Assembly: GCA_040954595.2 (NCBI GenBank)
Contig: CM082589.2
Span: 11,048,894 to 11,112,893, forward strand
DNA from: Balanoglossus misakiensis
Taxonomy: Eukaryota; Animalia; Hemichordata
Reading direction: 5' to 3'
DNA: 64,000 nt
Of the stretch, positions 51,568 through 64,000 are shown piece by piece (positions within the stretch are counted from its first letter, which is position 1; each line of letters opens with the position of its first letter). The translations under genes and the position numbers were made by a program. The notes below the pieces were generated by a model. It was not told the origin of the DNA. It searched no databases and worked only from the letters and a program-made list of their open reading frames with translations.

Positions 51568-52320
51568 TTTTAGCTTGGCTGTCACTTGTGTCAGCCAAGC
51601 TGTAGCAGTAGGTTGATAAGTGTCCGTCTGTCGTCCGGCGTCCGTTGTCCGTCGTCCGTCAACTTTCGGTATTTCAATCTTCTTCGTTAAAACGACATTG
51701 CATATTTAGCTATAATTTGGTAGGAATGTGTGTTATGGTGCCCCTACCTGATTTTGTAAATTTGGATTTGATGGGGTCATAAATATGCAAATTAGATCTA
51801 AAATAGAATGTTGGTCAAACATTTTCTTCTCCCTAACTACATGTACGATGGAGCTGAAATTTGGCAGGAATGTGTGTTATGGTGCCCCTACCTGATTTCA
51901 TAAATTTGGATATGATCGGGTCATGAATATGCAAATTAGATCTAAAAATATAATTTTTGGTAAAAAATCTTCTTCTCCCTAACTACATGTACGATGGAGC
52001 TGAAATTTGGTAGAATGTGTGTTATGGTGCCCCTACCTGATTTTGTTTTATTGGAATTTTGATCGGGTCATGAATATGCAAATTAGTACCTTGGTACTTC
52101 CTTTTGATGTTGTTCTTTAGGAATAAATTCTTTCTTTCTTTCTTTAGCACAATGAATCAGGCTGAATGTGGATATTAAATACTTGTGATGTCTATGTTTG
52201 GTTTTGTTTAATAGAATACAATTGTTATGATTAAAACCTAGGGTATTCATATCATTGCCCAGCTATAGGTTTCACTGTTAAAGTCAGCAGAGCTCTTTTG
52301 ACCGATAGGTCACTTGTTTC
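51568..52320 (+). mobile_element. Helentron/HINE-like non-autonomous element
   Basis: Starts TTTTAGCTTGGCTG…CAGCCAAGCT (hairpin), then a GTCC microsatellite and ~3 internal ~145 bp tandem units (GAATGTGTGTTATGGTGCCCCTACCTGATTT), ending …CACTTGTT. Confidence 0.6.
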
Positions 52321-54714
52321 TTTAAAGGTTGCCAGGGAATTGAAATTCTGCGTAGTTTTGGCACGATTCAGTCACCAGGGTATGATGTTAGCACTTACCC
52401 TGATGATGTTATGTGTAGCTGGTTAATCAAGGAACCAACTGGAAGACCATTAACTCTTATCTTTGATGAGAACTTTGGATTAGAGAGGAACACAGATGTT
52501 GATTACATCATTGTGAGTATCAGATATGATCATGAGTCAGCCATGTTAAAAATATTTGTCATATTAAAAAATTTGTCATATTATTTTGCAGTGATTTTAG
52601 TTTGACAATTTTGGCAGACATTACTTCAAACTATACAACTTTGGAACACAATTTGGAAATTTAATTAATCACATATATACTGTAAAACGGGATACTTTTG
52701 CAACATGAAATTTTCGCGTTATCAAAAGAGGCAAGTGTTATGCAACAATAACTTTTCACGTTCTTGTATTTCACTGCATCATTATCCCCGAAAAACATTT
52801 TTACGCAACTTTTTATTTTCATGTTTTGATGGCTCTCACGTAGATCGCGAAAATTTATTGTTTGCGAACATTTCCCATTTTACAGTATGTTGAGTAGCTG
52901 TTACAGCAGGAAATGCAACAAGGATTGAATACTATAAAATTTTCGTGAACGATAAATTTTCGTAAACTATGTGAGAGCCAAAAAATATGAAAATAAAAAG
53001 TCGCTTAAAATGCTTCAGAGATAACAATGCAGTAAAATATGCCAATGTGAAAATTAATTGTCGCGTAACAGTAGCCACCTTTGATATCGCGAAAATTTCC
53101 TGTTGTGAAGATTTCCCGTTTTACGGTATTTACAATGCATGCTTAATTTGTCTTTGTTTCTGAAGGTATACAATGGTACTGAGAGTGATGATGATGTCAT
53201 TATTGGTCCATGGAGTGGCAATTCTGATGGAGTCATTGATGGCACTGTGCCACCACCCGATTGCCGTACAGACATTGGACACTTTTCGGTTGTGTTCAGG
53301 AGTAGTAGAACACGACCAGCTAAAGGATTCAGGGCTTCATTTTCACCAGGTACACATACTGTAAAACACTTTATTTTCACGAGTTGAAATTTTTCGCGAC
53401 ATCGAGAGAGGCCACTGTTTCGCCAGTGTTAATTTTCGCGTTCTCTTATTTCATTCATTGCATCTTTATCTTCAAAAAAATTACGCAACTTTTTATTTTC
53501 ACGCTATTTTGGCTCTCGCGTATTTCGCGAAAATCTCTTGCTCGCGAAAATAAAGTGTTTTACAGTAACTTACTAACATTTCAGAAAAAGTTGTTACAGA
53601 ATTCTTAGAAACACACTCTCCCTTTATTCCTTGTGATTTAGAGTCATTAATTGAAAGGTGCAAATGTTTTTGAATTTTTACGAAACTTCAAAGAGCTGGA
53701 AAAACAGAGACAGTAATTTCTTACAATTGCAATGCAATTTTGGACCATTGACAGGAATGGCAACACTCTTGTATCACACTCAATAAAGTGATGGGGTCGT
53801 CGCACTGCGTTTGTTTGTTTATAAACATTGCAATTCATCCACAAATCCCTGAAATTAGACAGCCACGACCTACTAGGATCTTCAGTTGCTGTCATGGACA
53901 GTCTAGGATACTGTCAGCTGCTTCGTTCATTCTAAGAATTATCTTATTTGAGGGATTTGTGGATGAATTGTAATGTTTATAAACAAACGCAGTGCGACGA
54001 CCCCTTCACTTTAAAACAACTGACATTTATGAGTTTAAGTATTTGTCTGCATGCATTCTTATCATTGTGATCCTTGTTCTGACAGACTGTCCCGAAATTG
54101 TGATTAGTGAGGGCGTGGTGACCAGTACAGAGATAGAAGGTATGATGTCTCTGTCTCATTCCAATGCTCGGACGGTTATCCAGTAGTTAAAGGGGATGTC
54201 CGGTCTAGCTGATATCTACATAATTTTGTAGCTTTGAGGTCACTCTTTCAGGAAAAAAAAAACATTTTCGCCGTGTATAAGTCGTACCAGCTATGCAAAT
54301 ATGCCTAGCCTGGTGTCTTGTATCCAAGATAATTAATGAAAAAAGTGCAGTGATGAGAGAGACTTAATTTGTCTCTTGAATCTATTATTAGCAACAACTT
54401 GAATGACACTAATTTGTTGTTTATTTTTTAGGAATAACATGTGGTGGACCCCCTGAGTGCAGCAATGGAATTCTTACCAATGTTACCAGTACAGTGTATG
54501 GTGGCATTGCTTATTATCAATGCATTGAGGGCTATCAGTTTATAAATAATGTGTCTTCATTGGAATGCCAAGCAGATGGTGTCTGGGGTCCACTTGTGCC
54601 CCAATGCGAGCGTAAGTTGATATTTTTGAAAACAATTAAACTGCCATTGTAGTGCACACTTAGGAGACGGATTTTCAGAAAAATGTTAGTCCTCTGAACC
54701 TTTCAGTGCTTTAA

Positions 54715-55014
54715 AGCCACTAGAGCTGCCACTTTTTGCATTTATTTTCAGATTTTATTTTCCGACGTAGATTGGTACATTGAAATAATTAAGCTTACTG
54801 ATAGGGATACAAGAACATGTCATCAATGCCTGATTGTGGCTGTATGTTGCAATTTAAACGTGCAATGTATTAAACAGGTGCCGTACCCATTTTATTAAAA
54901 TCAGCCTCCATACAAACAGTATGCAGCTAGCTATCGTGGTATGCATCACCATAGATTTGAAAGGTTTTACTGTGGAAAAGAAAAAAATTGTGAAATTTGG
55001 CAGCTCTAGAGGCT
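54715..55014. mobile_element. Kolobok-like MITE
   Basis: TTAA-AGCCACTAGAGCTGCCA…TGGCAGCTCTAGAGGCT-TTAA. Confidence 0.78.
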
Positions 55015-57817
55015 TTAAAGTGTGTGATGAGTCGTTTTGAAAACAAAGTATAACACAGGGTGTTCACTGTCATGTTTTCATAAAAATCACTGACTCAAGT
55101 TGAAATTCTCTCCATAGCGTTATGATGGGGCACTTTGTGCTGGTTGCTACATTCCACATGGGTGTCTAATTGGGACATTACACACTGAATGTTAAACCAG
55201 ACACTGGTAACTTGAAAATATGCAGGATTGTGAGGGTTACTGCATGTCCCTTTAAACCATTTTCCTAGTATTAACACACTTGTAATGTTATCTGTTCATC
55301 TTATCCAAACAGCTCGCGAGTGTCCACCACCGAATGTAGACAACTACTTATCATATGAAATTGTTAATGGTGATTCATTGATTTTTGGAACAACCGTTGC
55401 CTACTCATGTCCATCTGGCTACAGTCTGACTGGCTACACTGTCTCTACATGTGGTGAAGATGGATCATGGATTGGAGATCCAGGATACTGTCAACGTAAG
55501 TCATTTAAGGATGTACATTCAGTAAAATTGAAAATATGGTCATTTCTTTTAATTGTTAATTTTTGGATTATCCTATGTATGTATAATGAAAATTTGTGAT
55601 AAAATATAGGGGTCACCACGCTTGTTTTTGAAATACAGAGTCATGAATTTAGTCGATAATTGAAAAAAAGGAGTCAATGGTATCTGGACTTTTATAGTGG
55701 GAACTTGGGGTGAAAATGTTAAAGTTGTGACAGAATACAGATACCCAATATATATACCACAATCAAGTCTGCATCCACATAGTGTTTTATTTTTTTTACT
55801 TGCAGGATTGAACTGCAGTGATATACTCATAACAGACCCACATCTACAAGCTGTCCCTGATAGTGGACCATATTATATGGGCAGTAACATCACATTCTAT
55901 TGTAATGCTGGCTATGAATTAAATGGTGCTGATTACCTGACTTGTCAATCCGATTTACAGTGGAATAGTGCAATACCATCATGCATTGGTAAGTTCACAT
56001 CAAGATTGGTCTTCATGTGGTTGTCTGCTTATGAGGTACCGTAATCGATCACTCCAGTAATTTGACTATTTATCATAAATGTCACCTAAACTACATGCTG
56101 ATAGGACATACAGTTCATGCCATGCAAATCTATGGCTGTCAGAAATTTCATGATTTTCGTAATTTTATTTTTCATTGATTACTGTAAAATAGGAAATTTT
56201 CGCGACAAAGAAATTTTTTGCGATATCAAAAGCAGAAACTGTTGTGAGACGATTAATTTTCATGTTCTCGTATTTCACTACATTGTTATCACTGAAAATA
56301 GTTTTTTACGCAAAAATGTCTTTTTTTTTTGGCTCTTGCATAGTTCGCGAAAATTTGTTTGTGAAAATTTCCTGTTGGTCTGGTGGTTCCCAGCTAAACT
56401 TGTTGGTCTGAATTTACCAGCGGACCTGTGGGATTTTGATCATATCTTGATGAATAACATTTCAGATATCAATGAATGTAGTACATTGGTGGCACGGTGT
56501 GGAATCAATCAAGTCTGTGAAAATAGAGATGGTGACTATCAGTGTGCATGTTTGGTGGGATTTGAACCAGATGTGAATGGAACAGCATGCAAAGGTGAGA
56601 CATAAACAAGTCACTTGCAACATAACTTCAAGTCACTATTTTCACATTTAACACATTCTGAACCTATTTCAGAATTCCGGATAAATTTTTGGAATGACCT
56701 TTTAATCTCAGGTGTCTTTTTCTCATAGGATTACATTGATAATTGCTAGAAAACAAACTTCTACTATTGTCATTTTCACGAAATTTTACACATAGCTCAG
56801 TCTAGTAAATATAAATTCATTGGTCAAATAAAATTGTGTGATTACAATGCTCTATTTTGAGATAAATTTCTTTAAGGTTTTTGTCCATAGACAAACCATT
56901 GGTGAACCATGCTGAGTCAGCAGGTTTCTTCTATTATCAACTAAATTAATGGCCTTGTATTTCAAAAGCAAGCAAGGTGACGCCTTTATTTTATCACAGA
57001 TTCATCTTGTACGTACACAAGATAATCCCAAAATTCACGATTAAAAGAAATGACAATACTTTCAATTTTACTGAACGTACATTGTTTTAATCCAATCCAT
57101 GTTCCTTCTTTGTAGATATAAATGAATGTGCTTCACATTCTTGTGATCAACTTTGTAAAAACACTGCAGGTGGTTTTCAATGTTCCTGTGAAGAAGGCTA
57201 TCTCTTATATGCAAATAACGGCACAGGTGGATTCTATCTGCCACCTGGAGAAACTGGTCTCTCAATGTATGATGTCTACACTTTTAACCAATCATGTGTT
57301 CGTAAGTATCATGTTAAACTAAAGAGTTAAAGGTATATGATCACCCATGGAAAAATTAGCTATATATAGTTACCATGGAAAATTGAAATCTAGCCAATCA
57401 CAGATTTTCATTTGGTGGCACACGTGGAAAACAGGCGCCACCATATGTTCTTTAGAATGCTCAAATACGCCATTCAGCCATATATGGGAATGTGTATTGA
57501 AGGTGACTGTATACTTTTAACCAAGATTTGTCATATTATTGACCTTTATACCGCAATGAATTTGCAGCAACAAAAAGTGGACAAAAAGCTGAATTTCATA
57601 ATTGGATTTCATAATTTTGCCGTAATTCAATAATGAAATGTGGAGAAAGTCAGCAGACCAACTTTGCACTGTTATTATTTATTTTGGATTTGTTTCCCTC
57701 CTGCTAACAAAAGTGTCCTCTCACCTCATGGCATGAAGATGCATTGAATTCTGAGAAAAAGGGGATTAATACTTGAGTGTATTTACAAAGACAAACAAGC
57801 TCACTGGTAGCATTTAA

Positions 57818-57924
57818 AGGGGAAGTCCGGTTCAGCTACATAATTGGGTAGCTTTGAGGTCATTCTTTCAGAAAAAAACATTGTGTAGAAATTATGCATA
57901 AATCAGCTGGACAGGACTTCCCTT
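57818..57924. mobile_element. Short Kolobok-like MITE (same family as the insertion at 54191)
   Basis: TTAA-AGGGGAAGTCC…GGACTTCCCTT-TTAA; shares GTAGCTTTGAGGTCAxTCTTTCAG with 54191-54260. Confidence 0.7.
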
Positions 57925-58557
57925 TTAATATTTCCAAGCAAGGCAATTGGTTTACTGCAACAATTACTTTGAAAACACAGTGTAAAACAACAATCATGAT
58001 ATGAATGTTACTTTAATAGATAGTCATACTTATATAAGCATGACTGTCTATGTTGGTCTGTAAGTTGTATTTGAAAGAAAAGTTTCATGTACGAATAGTA
58101 CAAAGATTGACATTTAGTCCACAAATCCCTGAAATGAGACAGCCACGACCTACCATTAACATTAACCAGAGCACACAGTAACCAGGCCGTAGTGGACAGT
58201 GTTCTGCCCATTAATTTTGAGTGTTCCCTTACGAAAATAGTCTATAGACTTCTATAAAAATTCCAAAGAAAATTAAGCGTCCGTCCATAAAAATTCATTA
58301 GAATTTCTGTAGAAATCCTATAAATTTCTATAAACCTTCTATGGAATTATATGGAATTTAATTGACATTTGGCCCCCTTTTTCTATTAAAATTTGTAGAA
58401 ATTCTATAACTTTCAATCAAAGTTCTATAGAAAATCCATTTAATTCCATCCATGTTCTGCACAGTGGTATTGAATTTATATTGAATTTATATATGAAATC
58501 TATATATTTTTTATAGAATTTCTATTACTTTCAATAGAAAATATATATACATATTAA

Positions 58558-58629
58558 CCCTTTTAATCCTGGCTTTCTGGGAACCGTATGCGAATTTCTC
58601 CTCTATATAGGATATCCGGCCAGAAAGGG
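58558..58629. mobile_element. Miniature piggyBac-type MITE
   Basis: TTAA-CCCTTT…AAAGGG-TTAA. Confidence 0.65.
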
Positions 58630-58927
58630 TTAATACATATATTCATATAAATACACACACACAAATAAATATCTACACACAATCCAACAATCCAATCAGC
58701 CATCAAAAACACAGTCTACTAAATTACTAGTTATAACATTTTTATTTAAAAAAAACAATACTTGCAAAAAATAAACAAACTGACATTTAAAATATAAATC
58801 AATAAAATGAGAAAGTTAATTAAAGAAACAGTACTTGTGAAAAAAAAAGTAAATCAATAATAATGAGAAAGTTCATTAAAAAAACTGACATTAAAAAAAC
58901 TGACATAAAAATGTGAAATTCATTAGT

Positions 58928-61766
58928 TCATCGTCCCTCGACAGCTGTCAGTCGGCAGGCCTTCCCTTCAGAGTAGAGTTTGTTTTTTATATGCTGCACT
59001 ACCTCCATCTCTGGGCATTTGAATTTTTCACAGACTAAATCTGTAAATAGACAGAAAAGATAAGGTCATTATAATGCATCTATGTATTAACTGGTTAAAA
59101 TCTATCTTACTCAAATGATTTTTCATAAAAAAACCATGCAATCTTCGCTTGTACCAATACAACATGATGAATGATTTTCAAACAGCATCTTACTAATATT
59201 TATGGTTTTATAAGGCTCTGTGATTTTCTTCATCTTGTTCATACAAATAAAATGCTAATTTAATTTTGGTCAAATGGAAATTAAAATTATTTTTAAATAC
59301 AGCACAAAAACCATTAAATACAGTTATTATACTATATTATCAATACATATATAACATACCTTTTATGGCATTCACTTTTGCTGTATCTAAAAGTGGTTTA
59401 GCTTTGCTGCCTGCAATAGCATTACACTTTCTACCGCTGTAGGAATGCGTCCTCAGCTCATCCTTGCTGAAGAGTGTAGTCATGAGATCATATGTGAATT
59501 TTTTACTGGTCGCCCGGCTGCACCGTGAAATTTGTTGTTCAGTTATTATGCTTGTTGCTGACAACTGAAACACAAAAAGAAAAACAATATTAATACTGCA
59601 CAATTGTTAGGATTAATTTCAAAATATATCACCGTATCACTGTGTGAAATTTTGATATTTTGAAAGTAATGATGGCCATATCCCATAAATGTTCATTTAA
59701 CCTCATTGAGAGACAGCAAAGGCTTACCTCTTCTGTTCTGTTTGCACTGTCAACTGTATCGCTCAATGGGCCACTCTTGCTGGAAACTGGAGGATCAGTC
59801 TGACCTGTCATTCCCTGCATTTTTTCCAGCAGTTCTGGTAAACCTTCAGAAAGATAAAAAATAACTACATATGAGTGGTATACCAAACGTGACCTAAAAA
59901 TAACACATGTTGTAACTCATCTCCATCTACTGAAGCATATTACATGTAATGTTTGCACATGATTATGACTTAAATCTTACTGTGCCCCTACCTTTACAAA
60001 TTGCCAGTGCATTTCTCAAGGCCAAATTTTCTTGCTGCAGCTTACGATTTGCCTTTCTCAGCTTCTCAAGCTCCCCACCATTGTCTGGTGTCACATCCAA
60101 AGGTAGATTTGACACCCCCTAAATAAAAAGTATCAACATATTGTGATTGACTTTTTATAAACATTTTTTTTCAACTCAGCGTATATAACTTGTGCACTGT
60201 ATGAAAAGGAAGAAATGTAAGTTTCAGTACACATTTACACCACATCGTGAAAAGAAAACTAAGAATGGGGATTGGTAGTTGGAACAATGAACAGAATTAT
60301 ACAAAACTGCCGCTGATATGTCTAAAAGTATAGGTGGTGATCAAAAATATATAGGGGAGGTTTGTCTTAACCGCCATCTTGGAAACAAGGTGAGTTGTGG
60401 GATAGAACTGGAGGTGTTTGGAGGGGTACCTCCACAAGTACCCTCCAAAACACCTCCAGTTCTATCCCACAACGCACCTTGTTTCCAAGATGGCGGTTAA
60501 GACAAACCTCCCCTATAAAAACTGGTGTGAAATCTCTATTCACTATTAACTTTCTGTTATTGATAGGGTGATGGCATATCTTTGAAACCCTTTGGTTATA
60601 GGTACAGTCGCAGTGCTACGTTTTTACGTCGCTTCTCCCAAAAATGTTCTATCAGTAACAGACTTTGCACTAATTTTCATGTTGTTGTTTTTTATTGACA
60701 AACAGCAGTTTTTTCATAGATGGCATATCACACATTAGAATTTAAATGAAACATTGGAATCATATCTGTACACTGATTGGTGCTCATATAACAAGGCATA
60801 TTGTTTAAAAAAAACACTTACCATATTTTCCAAGGAGCTCAAATCTGTATACACTCTCTTCTGCAAATCTGACTTTCCTTTATCCTTTTCAATCCTCTCT
60901 AGCAGCTTAGATGACGCTTTCTTCTGTGCTTGCTTTGGTCTTTTCTGTTTCTTAGCTTTCACCACACACTGAAATACGATATAATCTTGTGTATTATTGA
61001 ATAAGTAGAAACAGTAAATAAAGTTACACAGAAAACTGAACTCAAGGTGGAGCGGTGGGAATGATGCTCTCTAAACAACAATTACCAAGCAATGTAAAAA
61101 TTGTGGTGATTGTGTCTGCTTGACTGTACTCTTACCTCATTATCTTCACTGTCACTTGAACTTGAAAATCTTTTTACTTTTCGTTCACGCTTTCCCCTCC
61201 CAAACTGAGGTGTTCTTATGTCTGCATCCGCTCCCTTCTTCACGTACATGTTTGCAAGACGAACAAGCTCTAATCTGTCATCTAAGAAAATATTATTTGG
61301 AAAAAATACATGTTCAGTTTTAGCCATGGCTACAAAGAAATCAATAAAATGTGAGTAGACTGCTCATGCAGTGAATAACAGTGATTGACACCTGATACTA
61401 ACAATAGGAAAACAGCTGGTTCTGTTTATCTTGACAAGCCTTGTCAAGATAAACAGGAAGTGTGTCATAACAGTTTGGCTTTTGGTAAGCTAGTCAGTTC
61501 GCGTTTTATGAAAAAAACAGCAAAGTACACTCCAAAATGCTTCAAAGTTTCACACAAAACGAAATCAACACTTCAAAGAACTTACCACTGAATTTCACTA
61601 CTTTTGCACCGTATCTTGAAAACCTGCCGCCTTTCTTATTGGGCCAGGCCACAACGCAGTCTTCGTCATAATCAAAATCTTCCCAGTCGTCCAAATCTTC
61701 GATCCACTCCGTTTCACCAACCTCAACGGAAGAGTCTTCAACGAAGTCGAAAAGAGCGTACTTCAT
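58928..61766 (-). CDS. BEN-domain protein with a coiled coil, 7 exons (transposon accessory gene)
   Basis: Exons approximately 61766-61586, 61281-61136, 60969-60822, 60118-59992, 59846-59728, 59565-59360, 59040-58928. N-terminal YALFDFVEDSSVEVGETEWI…W…YGAKVVKFS, RGKRERK, coiled coil ELEKLRKANRKLQQENLALR, and C-terminal KKFTYDLMTTLFSKDELRTHSYSGR…KPLLDTAKVNAIKDLVCEKF…IKNKL, typical of BEN domains. Confidence 0.8.
60349..60516. mobile_element. Near-perfect 168 bp palindromic MITE in a BEN-gene intron
   Basis: TATAGGGGAGGTTTGTCTTAACCGCCATCTTGG… is inverted as …CCAAGATGGCGGTTAAGACAAACCTCCCCTATA, with ~80 bp arms. Confidence 0.85.
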
Positions 61767-62463
61767 GGTAGTCGATATTGTTTAACACTGACTGATTGTA
61801 AACTTACGAGTTGACGCGGTTACGACGATGTTGGACGGCGGCTGCTGCTGTGTCGGCAAAATGCAAGCTGATGCTCACTTGAAACACCCGCGTTTATATC
61901 CAAAGCGAAGATCATATTTAAATATGTTAATTTATAAACAGAGGCACGACCACCGATAGGCTGAACGGGAAACATGCAAAGTTGACCTATGCGTAATAAA
62001 CCTGCGACGCATCATGCAAACGTGACCTTTACAGTATGTAAATGTCACTAAGCAGTGTAAACAGTGAAAACGTAGAGCATGCTGGGTAATCATAATCTCC
62101 CAGCATTGCAAAACTTATCATTTTCATATTTATTTCTTATTTTTTCCTTAAAATGGATATTCTATGCCGATTTAAACCGCTACAGTGTAAAATCAGTGTA
62201 AGAAATAAGTGTAAAATTTTGATTCACTAGCACTGCGCGATGACCAGACTTCCGATTATAGCCGAACACCGCCGAAGTTACGAACGATCGAGATCAGGTC
62301 TTGATCATTGTTCCAGGTCATGCTAGCGACATACATTTGTACGTCCCGTAACGTCGTTCGCCAGTTCACTGGCCTTGGAAACCCGTACTTTGAGCCTGTT
62401 TTGTGACAAACATTGCGTTACCGTGATCGTTTTCTGTCACCGAAGATATAGTATATTACCACA

Positions 62464-63120
62464 ATGCCAAACCTTCCTATACGGACCGTCAGGGGACCGT
62501 ACAAGAGGTACCTTCGGGACCCGGAAGTAAGTGTGCCCAAGAAAACATTGCAACGAATGCGTCGTGAAAATGAGAAACTGTTACTGAATGAGCATTTGGT
62601 AAGTAGATTTCTAAATACATGTAGGTTAATATATACTAGTTAGAATAACGTTGACTGTTATTGTGACACGTACGTGAATATGCGTTTCTACATGTGTGTG
62701 TTTCACTTTATGTTAAATCAAAATGAGAATTGGGTCACTCGCTCAGTTTGTGCAGGAAAACGCTACCCGGCAAATATGAATATGTTTAAAAACTTGGCAA
62801 CTCCCTGAAATAACCTGCTAATTAACATTTCTATTTTATTTCAGGCAGATGATTTTGAGTCTGATGAAGAGCAGATTTCATTTTCAAATGGAAGTAATGC
62901 TGGCAGTGACAGTTTTGAAGATGAAGTCAGTAGTTGTGATGACAGTGATGACTACACCAACAGTGAAAGTGCTAGTGGCAGTAATAGTGACAATAACAGC
63001 AACAACTGTGATGGGTTCAGTGACAGTGACAGTCTTGGTGATTTGAATGAAGATGATAGCCACAGTGAGGAAGATAACAATGATGGCAATGAGAATGCAT
63101 GTCCACCTGTTTCTAATGTG
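62464..63120 (+). CDS. First two exons of a probable EnSpm/CMC-type transposase gene (continues beyond the window)
   Basis: Exon 62464-62598 MPNLPIRTVRGPYKRYLRDPEVSVPKKTLQRMRR…; exon 62845-63120 is acidic and Ser/Asp-rich; GT-AG, phase 0. The RGxYKxYL..P…P..T..R start plus acidic linker resembles animal EnSpm-like transposases, but no catalytic domain is in view. Confidence 0.55.
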
Positions 63121-64000
63121 GTAAGTTTCTACTACAAATATACCTATGAATAATTCTGATTTGCTGAGTCAGAGATTCCTGGTGAAACGAGGCATAGCTC
63201 ACGTGTAAAGAAAATTATAGAATATTATTGACAATAGTGAAAACATAATTGATTGATACCGTCAATGACCTTTCTAAATAATTTTGAAAATAATGAAACC
63301 AAATATGTACTGTTCTGATTTGAACACATACCAAATGTGAAATACTAAAAAATTGCAAAGTAAATTGAAATCATCACTGAAACCATTAGCAAATTGTGTT
63401 CAAATTTGGGATGGATGATATAAGCAGGGTTGTTATGTTTGTAATTTGTCTAAATTATCACAAATTTAGCAATGTTACAGTTTTTGGGTAATTTTTGATA
63501 TTTGGGTTAAAATTTATTTCTCTAATCACTTGACAAGGGTCTCAGATATATTCTCATTGTGACATATTAATAATATTTTCAAGTTATTGTCTTTTGGGGC
63601 AATTTTTGGTCAATGATTTGGTTTTACAAAATGTATTCCAATTTATTTCGGGGGTTTACTTGGGGTATTCTTGTTACAAAGTGAACATGTGTACGCAGTT
63701 CAATTTCAACAACAGTTATTATTGAACCAGTGGGGGTATGTACTTTGTTTACTTAGAATTCCTCTACAGTGGCCAGAGAGAAAATATAAAAATATAAGAT
63801 AATCATTTTCAGTGAACAAAAATCATGAAAAGTTTGTATTGCTTTACTTGAAAAGTACATACAGATGCAGTTATAATTTAGTGAACTATGTAGTCAGCTG
63901 GCAGAGGCGAAGCAAAATGTAGCATAACTTGGGGAATACTTTACATGTGTGTATACATATACAGATATCGTGTTTAAACCCATTCTGATAAAAAATATGA

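Larger units (their letters stand above)
44266..57301 (+). pseudogene. uninflatable (SP1070)-like cell-surface protein gene: C-type lectin, 3 CUB, sushi repeats, Ca-binding EGF; multiple disabling lesions; 5' exons not identified
   Basis: Exons 44266-44384 and 44831-45046 (CLECT: WIG, WADTEPD); 47697-~47825 with 49147-49348, 49642-49793 with 50554-50755, and 52328-52512 with 53166-53349 (three CUB); 54088-~54186, 54432-54611, 55313-55495, 55806-55988 (sushi); 56466-56594 and 57116-57301 (EGF, including the uif-like insert NGTGGFYLPPGETGLSMYDVYTFNQSCV). Lesions: TGA at 49749, CCG acceptor at 50551, a frameshift near 54130, and no in-phase donor near 47825. Confidence 0.78.
58226..64000. mobile_element. 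Left portion of a second large DNA transposon (EnSpm/CACTA-like), running off the window
   Basis: CCCTTACGAAAAT terminus followed by ~300 bp of TTCTATA/TATAGAA subterminal motifs, then two divergent intron-containing genes unrelated to the host gene. The right end is not visible. Confidence 0.6.

Overview
Repeat-rich animal genomic DNA with spliceosomal introns, probably from an invertebrate bilaterian (inferred; the species cannot be determined). From left to right: (1) 1-12170, an AT-rich satellite of ~76-78 bp monomers with nested higher-order periods up to ~6.4 kb. (2) 13055-16190, a 5'-truncated, decayed non-LTR retrotransposon interrupted by a TTAA-target MITE. (3) 16848-35381, the main discovery: an apparently intact, recently inserted 18.5 kb cut-and-paste DNA transposon. 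It has ~34 bp TIRs, a CTGG target duplication, an unoccupied copy of its target site 1.1 kb downstream, and related 35 bp arrays near both ends. It carries two divergently transcribed, multi-intron genes that splice into open frames: an ~834 aa Sola-like DDD transposase and an ~760 aa protein with an NLS, a ParB/Srx-like domain and a beta-class N6A/N4C DNA-methyltransferase-like domain whose DPPY motif is degenerate. (4) 44266-57301, an uninflatable-like C-type lectin/3xCUB/sushi/EGF gene with several disabling lesions. (5) 58226 to the window end, the left part of a second large element (EnSpm/CACTA-like end) with a BEN-domain gene head-to-head with a probable transposase gene. Many MITEs are scattered throughout. 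All gene models were spliced and translated by eye; family names come from motif recognition, not database searches.
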